Numbered from the stretch's first letter, positions 51,370 to 61,444 are shown. The stretch: DNA of 64,000 nucleotides from Calditrichia bacterium (GCA_963777955.1 CAVZSQ010000013.1:384001-448000); one strand, 5' to 3'. The notes: generated from the letters alone by a model not told the origin. Translations and numbers: made by a program.

Positions 51370-52716
51370 ATGAAAACGATTATCGAACCCTTCCGCATCA
51401 AAGCCGTTGAACCAATCTCCATGACTACCCGGGAACAGCGGGAAAACTTCATACGCGCCGCTCATTATAACTTGTTCAACCTGCGCAGCAATACCGTCAT
51501 AATCGACCTGCTGACCGATAGTGGGACCAGCGCCATGTCTGCCGGGCAATGGGCGGCCATGTGCCGGGGGGATGAAAGTTATGCCGGCAGTGAAAGTTTT
51601 TATAACTTTTACCAGGCGGTATCTGAAATCATGCCTTTCCGGCATATTATTCCCACCCATCAGGGCCGTGCTGCTGAAAAAATATTATTTTCAGTAATTG
51701 GGGGAAAAGGCAGAAAGATCCCCAATAACACTCACTTTGACACTACCAGGGCCAATATTGAATTCAGCGGAGCAGAAGCGATTGACCTGGTGATTGGCGA
51801 AGCCAGGGATCCGGCTTTGTTATATCCATTCAAAGGAAATATGGATATTGATAAATTGCGAAATTTTATCAATAAAACCGGAGCGAAAAATATTCCCTGT
51901 GTAATGCTGACTCTGACCAATAATTCCGGTGGCGGACAACCTGTTTCCATGCAGAATATCCGGGAAGTGAGCACAATCTGTAAAAATTACGGCCTGCCTC
52001 TGATCATCGATGCCTGCCGGTTTGCTGAGAACGCCTATTTTATTAAAATCCGGGAGCAAGGATTTGCTGAGCGTACTGTCAAAGAAATCTGCCAGGAAAT
52101 TTTTTCATACGCCGACGGTTGCACCATGAGTGCTAAAAAAGATGGTTTGGCCAATATCGGAGGTTTCCTGTGTCTGAATAATGACGACTGGGCTGCCCAG
52201 GCCCGCAACTTGCTGATTTTAACCGAAGGTTTTTTGACCTATGGCGGACTCGCCGGTCGTGATCTGGAAGCCATTGCCACGGGATTGCATGAAGTTTTAC
52301 ATGAGGATTATTTGCATTATCGCATTCGTTCTACAGCATACCTGGGCGAGAAGATTTCAGCTGCCGGAGTGCCCATTGTTCAACCGGTGGGCGGGCATGC
52401 TGTTTACATTGATGCCAGATCTATGCTGCCACACATACCTGTGCAGCAATTTCCGGGACAATCGCTGGCGGTGGAATTATATCTGGCCGGCGGAATCCGC
52501 GGCTGCGAAATCGGCTCGGTCATGTTCGGTAAAAATGCACAATTGGAATTGGTACGTTTGGCCATTCCCAGAAGAGTATATACTCAGAGCCACATTGACT
52601 ATGTGGTCGAAGTTATATTAAATGTATTTGAAATGCGTTCACAATTACGTGGAATGAAAATAACCTGGCAGCCGGAAGTTTTGCGTCATTTTACCGCCCA
52701 TTTTGATTATGTCTGA
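51370..52716 (+). CDS. tnaA: Tryptophanase (PLP-dependent beta-eliminating lyase)
   Basis: DLLTDSGT, GDESYAGS, HQGRAAE, MSAKKD; HFDTT and LRHFTA favour tryptophanase over tyrosine phenol-lyase (YFTTT, LRFFTA). Confidence 0.88.
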   Translation: MKTIIEPFRIKAVEPISMTTREQRENFIRAAHYNLFNLRSNTVIIDLLTDSGTSAMSAGQWAAMCRGDESYAGSESFYNFYQAVSEIMPFRHIIPTHQGRAAEKILFSVIGGKGRKIPNNTHFDTTRANIEFSGAEAIDLVIGEARDPALLYPFKGNMDIDKLRNFINKTGAKNIPCVMLTLTNNSGGGQPVSMQNIREVSTICKNYGLPLIIDACRFAENAYFIKIREQGFAERTVKEICQEIFSYADGCTMSAKKDGLANIGGFLCLNNDDWAAQARNLLILTEGFLTYGGLAGRDLEAIATGLHEVLHEDYLHYRIRSTAYLGEKISAAGVPIVQPVGGHAVYIDARSMLPHIPVQQFPGQSLAVELYLAGGIRGCEIGSVMFGKNAQLELVRLAIPRRVYTQSHIDYVVEVILNVFEMRSQLRGMKITWQPEVLRHFTAHFDYV

Positions 52717-52808
52717 TTAACATCATTTGGACCATTTTAAATTAATTTTACTAATTATTATGTCGAAATATACTGATAGAGACCAGTATCACTGCTAAGG
52801 AAGACTTT

Positions 52809-54044
52809 ATGGCCGAGCGCAAAGAAAAATTACAACGGATTATCCAAATAGGAATTGAGGTTGCTCAAATCAAGGATCTGGATATATTGTTGGAAAAAAT
52901 CCTGAGTGAAGCACGGTCTTTGGTTAATGCAGACGCCGGATCTATTTATATTAAAGAAGATAATACGTTAAAATTCAGTTATACACAGAATGAAACCCTG
53001 CGCCAAAAAATAGGACCAGGGAAAAAATTGATCTATACAACCTTCTCCATGCCTATTACCAACAGGTCAATAGCCGGGTCAGTAGCTTTAAGCGGGGAGT
53101 TATTGAACATTGCCGATGCCTACAAAATACCCAAGACCTCTTCTTTCGGATTTGACAGCAGCTACGACAAGAAAGCCGGTTATGAGACCCATTCCATGCT
53201 GACCGTACCGTTGAAAAATAACCGCGGTGACATTATTGGTGTACTGCAGTTGATTAATGCCCAGAACGAGAATAAAAAAATCATACCCTTTAACGCCGAA
53301 GATGAATTATTAATAAAACCTTTTGCCATGTATGCCGCGGTGGCTATTGAACGTGCCCAGTTAACCCGTACCACGATTTTACGCATGATCAGTATGGCAG
53401 AATTACGGGATCCCAAAGAGACTGGTGCTCATGTAAACCGCGTTGCTTCGTACGCACTTGAAATATACGAATACTGGGCACACAAGCGGGGAATTCTCCA
53501 GGACGAGATCGATAAATACCGCGACTCCTTCCGTATGGCCGCCATGTTGCACGATGTGGGCAAGGTGGCAATATCCGATACGATCCTGAAGAAACCCGGA
53601 CGGTTTACCGAGGAAGAACATGACATTATTAAGCAGCACACCATTGAAGGGGCTAAATTATTCAGCGGCGCCCGTTCTGATTTTGACGAGATTGCTGCCG
53701 ATGTGGCTTTGAATCATCATGAAAAATGGGATGGTACCGGGTATCCCGGTTTCATAGATATCCAAACGTGTAAAGCCTTAACCGGATATGAAACCAAGGA
53801 GGGGAAACCGCGTCCGAAGAAAGGTGAAGAGATCCCGCTGTATGGCCGGATTGTTGCCCTGGCCGATGTCTATGATGCCCTGTCCTCCAAACGTTCCTAC
53901 AAGGAAGCCTGGAATGAAGATCAGGTGCTGCAGACGATAAAAAATGATCGCGGTAAACATTTTGATCCTGTACTGGTAGATTGTTTTTTTGAAATCCTCG
54001 ATGTAATCCATTCCATTGCCAATCGCTATCCGGATAAAGCCTAG
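52809..54044 (+). CDS. GAF + HD-GYP cyclic dinucleotide phosphodiesterase
   Basis: SMLTVPL...IGVLQLIN GAF; RDPKETGAHVNRV, LHDVGK, HHEKWDGTGYP, RIVALADVYDAL, RSYK, HFDP. Confidence 0.92.
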   Translation: MAERKEKLQRIIQIGIEVAQIKDLDILLEKILSEARSLVNADAGSIYIKEDNTLKFSYTQNETLRQKIGPGKKLIYTTFSMPITNRSIAGSVALSGELLNIADAYKIPKTSSFGFDSSYDKKAGYETHSMLTVPLKNNRGDIIGVLQLINAQNENKKIIPFNAEDELLIKPFAMYAAVAIERAQLTRTTILRMISMAELRDPKETGAHVNRVASYALEIYEYWAHKRGILQDEIDKYRDSFRMAAMLHDVGKVAISDTILKKPGRFTEEEHDIIKQHTIEGAKLFSGARSDFDEIAADVALNHHEKWDGTGYPGFIDIQTCKALTGYETKEGKPRPKKGEEIPLYGRIVALADVYDALSSKRSYKEAWNEDQVLQTIKNDRGKHFDPVLVDCFFEILDVIHSIANRYPDKA

Positions 54045-54055
54045 GGGCCGATTCA

Positions 54056-54130
54056 GTAGGGGCAATTCATGAATTGCCCCTACATAAATTGTCCCTGCAG
54101 GAATTGCCCTTACCTGAATTACCTCTGTTA
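54056..54130. repeat. GTAG-type REP palindrome followed by decaying 15-nt tandem copies of its right arm
   Basis: gtaggggcaattcatgaattgcccctac; units gaattgcccctacat/aaattgtccctgcag/gaattgcccttacct/gaattacctctgtta. Confidence 0.88.
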
Positions 54131-54139
54131 TATATATGC

Positions 54140-54418
54140 TCATTTTATGTTAATCGGATTATTCTCATCATCTAGCCACTGTCGCGGATTATTTTTAATA
54201 TATCTTCTAATTTGAATTAATTCGCTTTCATCACGGATCATATGCTCATAATAATTTCGTTGCCATAATTTGATACCCGGAGTATTCTGCAATTGATTTA
54301 CAAATTTGGTGGATTGATATTTAAAATATGCAATTATTTTCCCCAATGTTGGGTAAAATTTATCCAATTTTTTAGACATTTGTAGTAGGGGCGCGGTAAC
54401 CGCGCCCCTACGACACAC
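54140..54418 (-). mobile_element. Truncated REP-associated tyrosine transposase (RAYT, IS200/IS605 Y1 superfamily), C-terminal half only
   Basis: TLGKIIAYFKYQSTK, LWQRNYYEHMIRD, YIKNNP; no HUH motif upstream; bracketed by GTAG palindromes. Confidence 0.85.
54385..54411. repeat. GTAG-type REP palindrome at the 5' end of the RAYT remnant
   Basis: gtaggggcgcggtaaccgcgcccctac. Confidence 0.92.
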
Positions 54419-54551
54419 CGAAATCGAACCCCCACACCGAATCCCAATCCCACTCCATATATATCTCTCCAGGCATTTATATCTACATATTTCATGCCAC
54501 GGGCATATTTATCCATTTATTAAAAAAACATAAAAAATCCCTTATTTTTTC

Positions 54552-54605
54552 TTGATTTAAGCCGAAAAATCTATTAGAATTGTGGAACGATTTTCCTTAA
54601 AGTGG
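54552..54605 (+). promoter_or_regulatory. dcw (mraZ) promoter with GTGG boxes
   Basis: TTGATT-N17-TAGAAT (54552-54580); GTGGA at 54582 and 54602. Confidence 0.6.
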
Positions 54606-54621
54606 AGAGAATTCCCTGAAT

Positions 54622-55092
54622 ATGGCAGTAAATGATTTTTCCGGCGAGTTTCATTTCAGTTTAGATTCTAAAAAGCGGATCAGCATACCTTCGGCGATGC
54701 GTAAAATGCTGGCCCCGGAAGCAGAAGGGGTTCTGGTATTTACCCGCGGTTTCGAAGGTTGCGTCTATGTCTACCCTAACGATGAATGGAAACGCCTCAC
54801 TAAAAAACTGAATTCACTGGATAGTTTTAATGTTAAAGTACGTGATTTCATCCGCCTGTTCGTTGGCCCGGCTTTCAAGACCGTCATGGATAATCAGGGC
54901 CGGGTTTTATTACCTGATACGATCCTGCAAATGGCTAAAATTGATAAAGATATTCTGTTGCTCGGTTCACTGAATAAATGGGAATTGTGGAATCCTCTTC
55001 TGTATACGAAATATATGCAAGATAACAATCCATCTATGGAGAATCTGGCGCAAGATATTAATTTTAGCGCAATATTTAAAAATGACGATTAA
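54622..55092 (+). CDS. mraZ: Division/cell wall cluster transcriptional regulator MraZ
   Basis: LDSKKRISIP and MDNQGRVLLP duplicated motifs; first gene of dcw. Confidence 0.93.
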   Translation: MAVNDFSGEFHFSLDSKKRISIPSAMRKMLAPEAEGVLVFTRGFEGCVYVYPNDEWKRLTKKLNSLDSFNVKVRDFIRLFVGPAFKTVMDNQGRVLLPDTILQMAKIDKDILLLGSLNKWELWNPLLYTKYMQDNNPSMENLAQDINFSAIFKNDD

Positions 55093-56029
55093 TACCTATT
55101 CCACTTATCACATTCCCGTACTGCAGAAGGAGGTTGCATCTTATTTAATTACCAATCCTGAAGGCATATACGTTGATGGAACGGTCGGTGGAGGTGGTCA
55201 TGCTGAATATATACTTAAGAATTTTAAAGAAATAGACCGGTATGTGGCAATCGACCAGGATCAACATGCCCTGCACTTTTCAACTAAACGGTTGCAGCCC
55301 TTCGACCACCGGAAAATAAGTTTCCATCAAACCAATTTCAGCCAGATTGACCAGGTTCTGGCCGAACTGAAATTGCCGACTGTCGATGGGATCCTGCTCG
55401 ATCTGGGCGTGGCCAGTGCCCAGATCGAACAACCTGAACGGGGGTTCAGTTATATGCAGGCCTGTCCACTGGACATGCGTATGAATCAACAGAATAAACT
55501 GACTGCTACGGATATTGTTAACTATTGGACGGAACAGGATTTGACGCGGATTTTTACAGAATACGGCGAAGAACATAAAGCCAGGCAAATTGCCCGGCAG
55601 ATTGTCCGGCACCGTAGCACTACCGGGCAATTAACGACCAGCGAACAATTGAAAAAAATTATTGATCAGGTAAGTACACGGCAACAGGCCATTAAAAGTT
55701 ATGCCAGAATTTTCCAGGCTTTACGCATTGCTGTCAATGATGAGTTGAATCAGCTTGAATCGTTCCTGCAAAAATCATTGAACTTTTTAAAATCCGGAGG
55801 CCGGCTGGTTATCATTGCTTATCATTCCCTGGAAGACCGCCTGGTGAAAAATTTTTTTGTTACCCAGATGCGGCCCTGTACCTGTCCGCCGGAATTTCCG
55901 GTCTGTATCTGCGGGAAAAAAGCAACATTGAAAATTATTACCAAAAAACCGGTCCGCGCCGGTCAGCAGGAGATTGCCGCTAATATTCGCGCACGCAGTG
56001 CTCATCTCCGGGTTGGAGAAAAACTGTGA
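55082..56029 (+). CDS. rsmH: 16S rRNA m4C1402 methyltransferase
   Basis: HIPVL, VDGTVGGGGH, DLGVAS, LDMRM, FQALRIAVNDEL, YHSLEDR, RARSA. Confidence 0.97.
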   Translation: MTINTYSTYHIPVLQKEVASYLITNPEGIYVDGTVGGGGHAEYILKNFKEIDRYVAIDQDQHALHFSTKRLQPFDHRKISFHQTNFSQIDQVLAELKLPTVDGILLDLGVASAQIEQPERGFSYMQACPLDMRMNQQNKLTATDIVNYWTEQDLTRIFTEYGEEHKARQIARQIVRHRSTTGQLTTSEQLKKIIDQVSTRQQAIKSYARIFQALRIAVNDELNQLESFLQKSLNFLKSGGRLVIIAYHSLEDRLVKNFFVTQMRPCTCPPEFPVCICGKKATLKIITKKPVRAGQQEIAANIRARSAHLRVGEKL

Positions 56030-56409
56030 GACATACTGCTAAGAAACAAAAAAAAGATAAACTGCTTAATCTGCTCATCCACCCGTTTAAATTCTATCTG
56101 CGGATTCTGCTGGTGGTTATAACCGTGGGCATCTATCAATACCAGTCCATTCGTATTGACATCCTGGCCAGAGAAATCCGCAGCCTGGAATTCAAACGCG
56201 ACCAGTTGATTAATGATAAGGCGACCATTCAAATCCAGATAGATCAACTCACTCATCTCAGCCGGATTGAAAAAATAGCCAGGGAAAAATTCGGCCTGGT
56301 CAGTCCGGGACAGGAAATAGAGCGCATCGTAATAAAAAAATATGATTCCGGAAACAAATACAATTCCAGTAAGAACGGCCCAAAATTAAAATTAGCCGGG
56401 GTGCAATAA
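56026..56409 (+). CDS. ftsL: Cell division protein FtsL
   Basis: Basic N-terminus, TM, coiled coil, SRIEKIAREKFGL; position between rsmH and ftsI. Confidence 0.85.
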   Translation: MRHTAKKQKKDKLLNLLIHPFKFYLRILLVVITVGIYQYQSIRIDILAREIRSLEFKRDQLINDKATIQIQIDQLTHLSRIEKIAREKFGLVSPGQEIERIVIKKYDSGNKYNSSKNGPKLKLAGVQ

Positions 56410-56410
56410 G

Positions 56411-58468
56411 GTGAATCAGTTCGCCGATATCAAATTCAAACGCATTTACTATATTGCTGCGGGATTGGTACTGCTGTGGGTGCTATTGGAGATTCGTTTA
56501 TTTAAAATCCAAATCCTGCAACATAATTTTTATGTTGAACACAGCCAGCAGCAGTCGGCCAAAAAAATACAATTGATAGCAAAACGCGGCGAAATCTTTG
56601 ACCGTAACGGGGCCTGCCTGGCTGCCAATTTAATTCATTATGATTTCGGCGTAGACCTGAGCCGGGTTGAGAATCGTGAATTGATTGCCCGAAACTTCGC
56701 CGATATCTTCGACAAACCAAAATCATCGTATTTGAAAAAAATGCGTTCAGAACGGGATTTTGTTTACCTGGAACGTAAAGTAACCGAAGCACTGGCCCTC
56801 AAAATCGACCGGATAAAGGATCCGGGATTGGTAAAGTTCGAAGGATACCGGCGCTATTATCCGTTCGGCAGATGCGCCAGTCAGGTAATCGGTTTCACCG
56901 ATGTGGATGATAAAGGGGCAAATGGCCTGGAAATGCAATATCAGGATCAATTGGCCGGGAAAAATGGCTGGACCTATTTAACCGCCGATGCCCTCAGAAG
57001 ATTCTTCCAAAATGTCGATTTACCTCATGAAGATCCCCAGGCCGGTATCAGCCTGCAGCTGACCATTGATAAAGATTTTCAGACTATTGTCGAAGAAGAA
57101 CTCGACCGCAGTGTACGCAACCTGAACGCCCATTCAGGACTTGCCGTTCTGCTGAATCCCAACAGCGGTGAAATACTGGCCATGTATTCCAGTCCCGGCT
57201 ATAATCCCAACGATCCCGGTGAATCCACATCAGAGCAACGTAAAAATCGGGCTATTATGGATATTTTTGAGCCCGGTTCCACTTTTAAAATCTTTCCGGC
57301 TGCGGCTCTCTTACAGGAGGGATTGAAGAAACCCGGCGATATGGTCTTTTGTGAGAACGGCAATTACCGGGTATATAAACATAATATCAACGATCATCAG
57401 AGATATGGCTGGTTATCGTTCAGAAAAGTAATCCAAAATTCCTCGAATATCGGTATGGCCAAATTGACCATCGACCTGCCCAAAAATCAATTTTATAAGT
57501 ACCTGAAAAATTTCGGCTTTGATTCACCTACCGGTATCGATATAGCTGGAGAAGCCGGTGGAATATTAACCCGCCCGGAAAAATTTTCAGGGCTTTCCAA
57601 AGCAGTCATCTCTTTCGGCCAGGAAGTCGGCGTGACTGCAATTCAAATTGTTACCGCCTATGCGGCGGTGATTAATGGCGGTCATTTACCCCGTCCATTC
57701 ATCATACAAAAGACAGTGGATGAAGACGGTGATGTGCTTAATGAGAATGAATCCCGGATCGTCCGCCAGGTGCTTAATGAAAAAATCAGCCGGACTCTGA
57801 AAGAATTCATGCTGGATGTGGTACAGAATGGCACCGGACAGAAAGCAGCCATACCCGGAATACGAATCGGAGGTAAAACCGGCACCGCACAAAAATATGA
57901 TTACCAGGCTAAACGTTATGTTCCGAATAATTACCTGTCTTCATTTATCGGATTCGCTCCTTATGATCACCCGGAATATGTTCTGGGCATTTTTATAGAC
58001 GCGCCCAGACTGAAATATTACGGCGGTGATGTTGCCGCTCCGGTTTTCGCTGCAATCCTGGGGCGCATACTGGGTTTTACCCCGACTGAGAGTACTGCAC
58101 CGGAAGCCGAGCTTAAGATTGCCAAAGCCAATCAGTCGATTCCTAATTTGCAGGGATTCCCTTTTTCAGCAATCGAAGAATACCTGGAAATCAAAGATGT
58201 GGATTATGTTGTCCAGGGTGAAGGGACTCATGTTTTATCCCAGACAAATAATGAAAATGAAGTTAAACTTGTTTTAGGTGTCCCTGAAATAAAAGAAAAA
58301 GTTATCCCCAATCTGCGCGGCCTGACCGTTCGTGAATCTTTTAAGCATATTGATTTTTCCAGAGTAAGGGTGCGGATTGTCGGCCACGGCAGAGTAGTTG
58401 AACAATCGATTAAACCGGGAACCGCCGTGGCTAAAGGGAGTGAGTTGATCCTCACCTGCAGCCGCTGA
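56411..58468 (+). CDS. ftsI: Division transpeptidase PBP3 with PASTA domain(s)
   Basis: RGEIFDRNG, RYYP, EPGSTFK (SxxK), SSN, KTGTAQK. Confidence 0.93.
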   Translation: MNQFADIKFKRIYYIAAGLVLLWVLLEIRLFKIQILQHNFYVEHSQQQSAKKIQLIAKRGEIFDRNGACLAANLIHYDFGVDLSRVENRELIARNFADIFDKPKSSYLKKMRSERDFVYLERKVTEALALKIDRIKDPGLVKFEGYRRYYPFGRCASQVIGFTDVDDKGANGLEMQYQDQLAGKNGWTYLTADALRRFFQNVDLPHEDPQAGISLQLTIDKDFQTIVEEELDRSVRNLNAHSGLAVLLNPNSGEILAMYSSPGYNPNDPGESTSEQRKNRAIMDIFEPGSTFKIFPAAALLQEGLKKPGDMVFCENGNYRVYKHNINDHQRYGWLSFRKVIQNSSNIGMAKLTIDLPKNQFYKYLKNFGFDSPTGIDIAGEAGGILTRPEKFSGLSKAVISFGQEVGVTAIQIVTAYAAVINGGHLPRPFIIQKTVDEDGDVLNENESRIVRQVLNEKISRTLKEFMLDVVQNGTGQKAAIPGIRIGGKTGTAQKYDYQAKRYVPNNYLSSFIGFAPYDHPEYVLGIFIDAPRLKYYGGDVAAPVFAAILGRILGFTPTESTAPEAELKIAKANQSIPNLQGFPFSAIEEYLEIKDVDYVVQGEGTHVLSQTNNENEVKLVLGVPEIKEKVIPNLRGLTVRESFKHIDFSRVRVRIVGHGRVVEQSIKPGTAVAKGSELILTCSR

Positions 58469-58482
58469 GTATCAGGATACCT

Positions 58483-59937
58483 ATGAAAACAAAAAATCTG
58501 AAAGAAATACTGGACGGAATTGAATTTACGGAAAAGACCAGGATCAGGGACTGTCCGATTAATCAGATTGTCTATGATTCCCGTAAAGTAAATCCACAAA
58601 GTCTATTTATTGCCATTAAAGGATTTAAGTCCGATGGACACAATTTTTTAAAACAAATCGCCGCTCAGGGTGTGGCCGCGGCAATTGTTGAACATAAAGA
58701 TCCCCAGGTACAGATCGATCAATATCCGGTTAAAGATACCCGCCTGGAAATGGCCCGCATTGCTGCTAACTTTTTTAATCCGGAGTTGGCAAAAGTCAAA
58801 CTGGTAGGTATCACCGGTACCAACGGTAAAACAACCACCTCTTACCTGGTCCGTTCGATCATGGAAAATGCCGGTCTTAAAAGCGGCTTGATCGGAACCA
58901 TCAGTTACCAGGTATCCGAACAAGCCATTAAAGCCTGGAACACCACACCGGAATCAGTGGATCTGTGCAAAATGATCTACGAAATGTACGCAAAAAATCA
59001 GCGCGGCTGTGTACTGGAAGTCTCATCCCATGCCCTGGCCCTTAAACGGGTGGAATACCTGAAATTTGCCGTTGGCGTTTTTACCAATCTTACCCAGGAT
59101 CATCTTGATTTTCATGTTGACATGGAAGACTATTATACTGCCAAGAAACATCTCTTCACCCTGCTGGATCCAAAAGGCCAGGCCGTGATCAACAGCGATG
59201 ATCCTTACGGTAAACGGCTTTGTCAGGAGTTACCGCCGGATGATCTGCTCGATTTTGGTTTCACAACTGAGGCTAAAGTACATCCCCTGAACTGGGAGAA
59301 TACAATCTCCGGCCTTCATCTCAGCGTGCAGACTCCGGTCGGAGATATTGAAATTAATTCGACTTTAATCGGGAAATTCAACATCGAAAATATACTGGCT
59401 GCAATAGCTGCCGGTCTGGCTCTGAATTATGATCTTAAAACCATCCAGGCCGGCATAGAAAAAATTAAAGCCGTACCGGGCCGGTTGGAAATTATCAGAA
59501 CTCCCCAGGCTAAATCGATTGTGGTTGATTATGCCCATACCCCCGATGCCCTGGAGAAAGCCTTGCTGGTATTGAGTCAATTGACCCGTAACGAATTGTG
59601 GGTCGTTTTCGGGTGCGGCGGAAACAGGGATAAAACCAAAAGACCGATTATGGGATCTATTGCAGAGAAAATTGCCGACCGGGTGGTGGTTACCTCGGAC
59701 AATCCCAGGTTTGAATCACCTCAGGATATTGTCAATGAAATCCTGATCGGTTTTTCAACGCTGCAAAATGTATATGTAGAAATAAACCGCCGGGCTGCAA
59801 TCGCCTACGCCCTGGAAAATTCCAAACCCGGTGATACCATTTTGATAGCCGGCAAGGGTCACGAAGATTATCAGGAAATCCAGGGAGTGAAATATCCATT
59901 TGATGACCGGAACATTATTAAAGAGTTGATCCAATGA
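58483..59937 (+). CDS. murE: UDP-MurNAc-tripeptide synthetase (meso-DAP adding)
   Basis: GITGTNGKTT, EVSSH, DHLDFH, VDYAHTPD, DNPR (DAP specificity), AGKGHE. Confidence 0.96.
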   Translation: MKTKNLKEILDGIEFTEKTRIRDCPINQIVYDSRKVNPQSLFIAIKGFKSDGHNFLKQIAAQGVAAAIVEHKDPQVQIDQYPVKDTRLEMARIAANFFNPELAKVKLVGITGTNGKTTTSYLVRSIMENAGLKSGLIGTISYQVSEQAIKAWNTTPESVDLCKMIYEMYAKNQRGCVLEVSSHALALKRVEYLKFAVGVFTNLTQDHLDFHVDMEDYYTAKKHLFTLLDPKGQAVINSDDPYGKRLCQELPPDDLLDFGFTTEAKVHPLNWENTISGLHLSVQTPVGDIEINSTLIGKFNIENILAAIAAGLALNYDLKTIQAGIEKIKAVPGRLEIIRTPQAKSIVVDYAHTPDALEKALLVLSQLTRNELWVVFGCGGNRDKTKRPIMGSIAEKIADRVVVTSDNPRFESPQDIVNEILIGFSTLQNVYVEINRRAAIAYALENSKPGDTILIAGKGHEDYQEIQGVKYPFDDRNIIKELIQ

Positions 59938-61316
59938 ATTATCTCTGTTTAGCGGATTTCCGGCAATTGACCGAGGCGCAGATCCTGAACCAGCCTGCTG
60001 AACAGGAATTTAGCAGGCCGAGCCGGGGTATCTCCATCGATAGTCGTTCTCTGAAGGCAAATCAGATATTCTGGGCGCTCAAGGGAGAAAAGTTTGACGC
60101 TCACGACTTCATTATCGATGCAGTGAAAAACGGAGCAGCAGCTGTGGTTATCGACCGTAAACATGCCAATGCCGCCGGCAATATGGGCGTACCTGCCATA
60201 GTTGTACCGGACACACTGCTGGCCCTGCAGAAAATGGCCAGTCTGCATCGTAAAAAATTTGACATCCCCATTGTAGCCATTACCGGTACAAACGGTAAAA
60301 CTACTACCAAAGAGATGCTGGCCTGGATCCTGCAATCAAAATACAATGTGCATAAGACCTGGGGTAACCTCAATAACCATATCGGAGTACCCTTAACCCT
60401 ATTGCATTTGACCACTGCGCATCAGATCTCTGTCATAGAAATGGGCACCAACCATCCCGGAGAAATCGCTTTGCTCGGCTCTCTGGTTGAACCGACCGTT
60501 GGTTTGATTACCAATATCGGGCGTGGTCATTTAGAATTTTTTGAAACTATTGAAGGAGTGGCCAGAGAAAAACTGGATCTATTCAAATGCACCAGATCTG
60601 CTGGCCTCCTTATCGTAAATAAAGACGATAATTATCTCGGTGCATATTCATCCTCCGGCCACTCCTTTTTTACTTATTCCTTTCAGGAAAAAGTAACAGC
60701 CGACGTGCATGGAAAATTCATCAACCTGACTGATGAGGGTAGCGGAATCTGGGAACTTAACCGTAAAGCGATCATCACCATGCAGGTTACCGGCCGGCAT
60801 AATGTACAGAATGCTCTGGCCGCCAGCACTGTTGCCCTTTATCTCGGTATCGGTGAAACAGAGATCAAAGCGGCGCTGGAAAAATATCATCCCTACGATA
60901 AACGGATGCAGCTTATCAGAAATGGGAACTGGACTATCATTAACGACAGTTATAATGCGAATCCTGATTCGTTTATACCGGCGTTAGAAACTCTGCTGCA
61001 TATGGCCGAAAAACAAACCTGCCGGAAAATCCTCGTGCTGGGCGATATGCTGGAATTGGGGAAAAACAGCCGGCATTTGCATCTGGAAATACTGCAACAG
61101 GCTCATTCTGCCGGAGTTAATGGTATATTTACCCTTGGTGAATCATTCCGCCAGGCCGCCAAAAATATCAAGCTAAAAGCACCCGGTAAGATTTATTCCT
61201 TCTTATCCCATCAGGAACTCAGCTGGGCTTTAAAAAAATTCATTGAACCCGGTGATATTATCCTGCTAAAAGGGTCACGAGGAATGCAAATGGAAAAAAT
61301 TTTATCATTCCTCTAA
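59934..61316 (+). CDS. murF: UDP-MurNAc-pentapeptide synthetase
   Basis: ITGTNGKTTTKE, NLNNHIGVP, EMGTNHPGEI, NDSYNANP, LGDMLELG, LKGSRG. Confidence 0.96.
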   Translation: MNYLCLADFRQLTEAQILNQPAEQEFSRPSRGISIDSRSLKANQIFWALKGEKFDAHDFIIDAVKNGAAAVVIDRKHANAAGNMGVPAIVVPDTLLALQKMASLHRKKFDIPIVAITGTNGKTTTKEMLAWILQSKYNVHKTWGNLNNHIGVPLTLLHLTTAHQISVIEMGTNHPGEIALLGSLVEPTVGLITNIGRGHLEFFETIEGVAREKLDLFKCTRSAGLLIVNKDDNYLGAYSSSGHSFFTYSFQEKVTADVHGKFINLTDEGSGIWELNRKAIITMQVTGRHNVQNALAASTVALYLGIGETEIKAALEKYHPYDKRMQLIRNGNWTIINDSYNANPDSFIPALETLLHMAEKQTCRKILVLGDMLELGKNSRHLHLEILQQAHSAGVNGIFTLGESFRQAAKNIKLKAPGKIYSFLSHQELSWALKKFIEPGDIILLKGSRGMQMEKILSFL

Positions 61317-61363
61317 AAAATAACAGGGCCTGATCAGCAATCAACAGGTCCGGGAGAGAAGCA

Positions 61364-61423
61364 ATGAACCTGAAATTAAAAATGAAGATTAAAATCAAGA
61401 TATTTCAGAAGACACCCAAATAA
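61364..61423 (+). CDS. Candidate 19-aa small ORF MNLKLKMKIKIKIFQKTPK
   Basis: ATG at 61364 with GGGAG(AG) upstream, TAA at 61421; not in the ORF track because of size. Confidence 0.3.
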   Translation: MNLKLKMKIKIKIFQKTPK

Positions 61424-61444
61424 TAGCCATAGACTGGGAAAAAG

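Noticed and set aside
54071..54130. Tandem 15-nt units as a CRISPR array
   Set aside because: No spacers, units decay quickly, derive from a REP arm, and no cas genes are present.
54334..54516. 60-aa ORF as the missing N-terminal half of the RAYT
   Set aside because: No HUH motif; it is low-complexity repeat sequence read through the REP.
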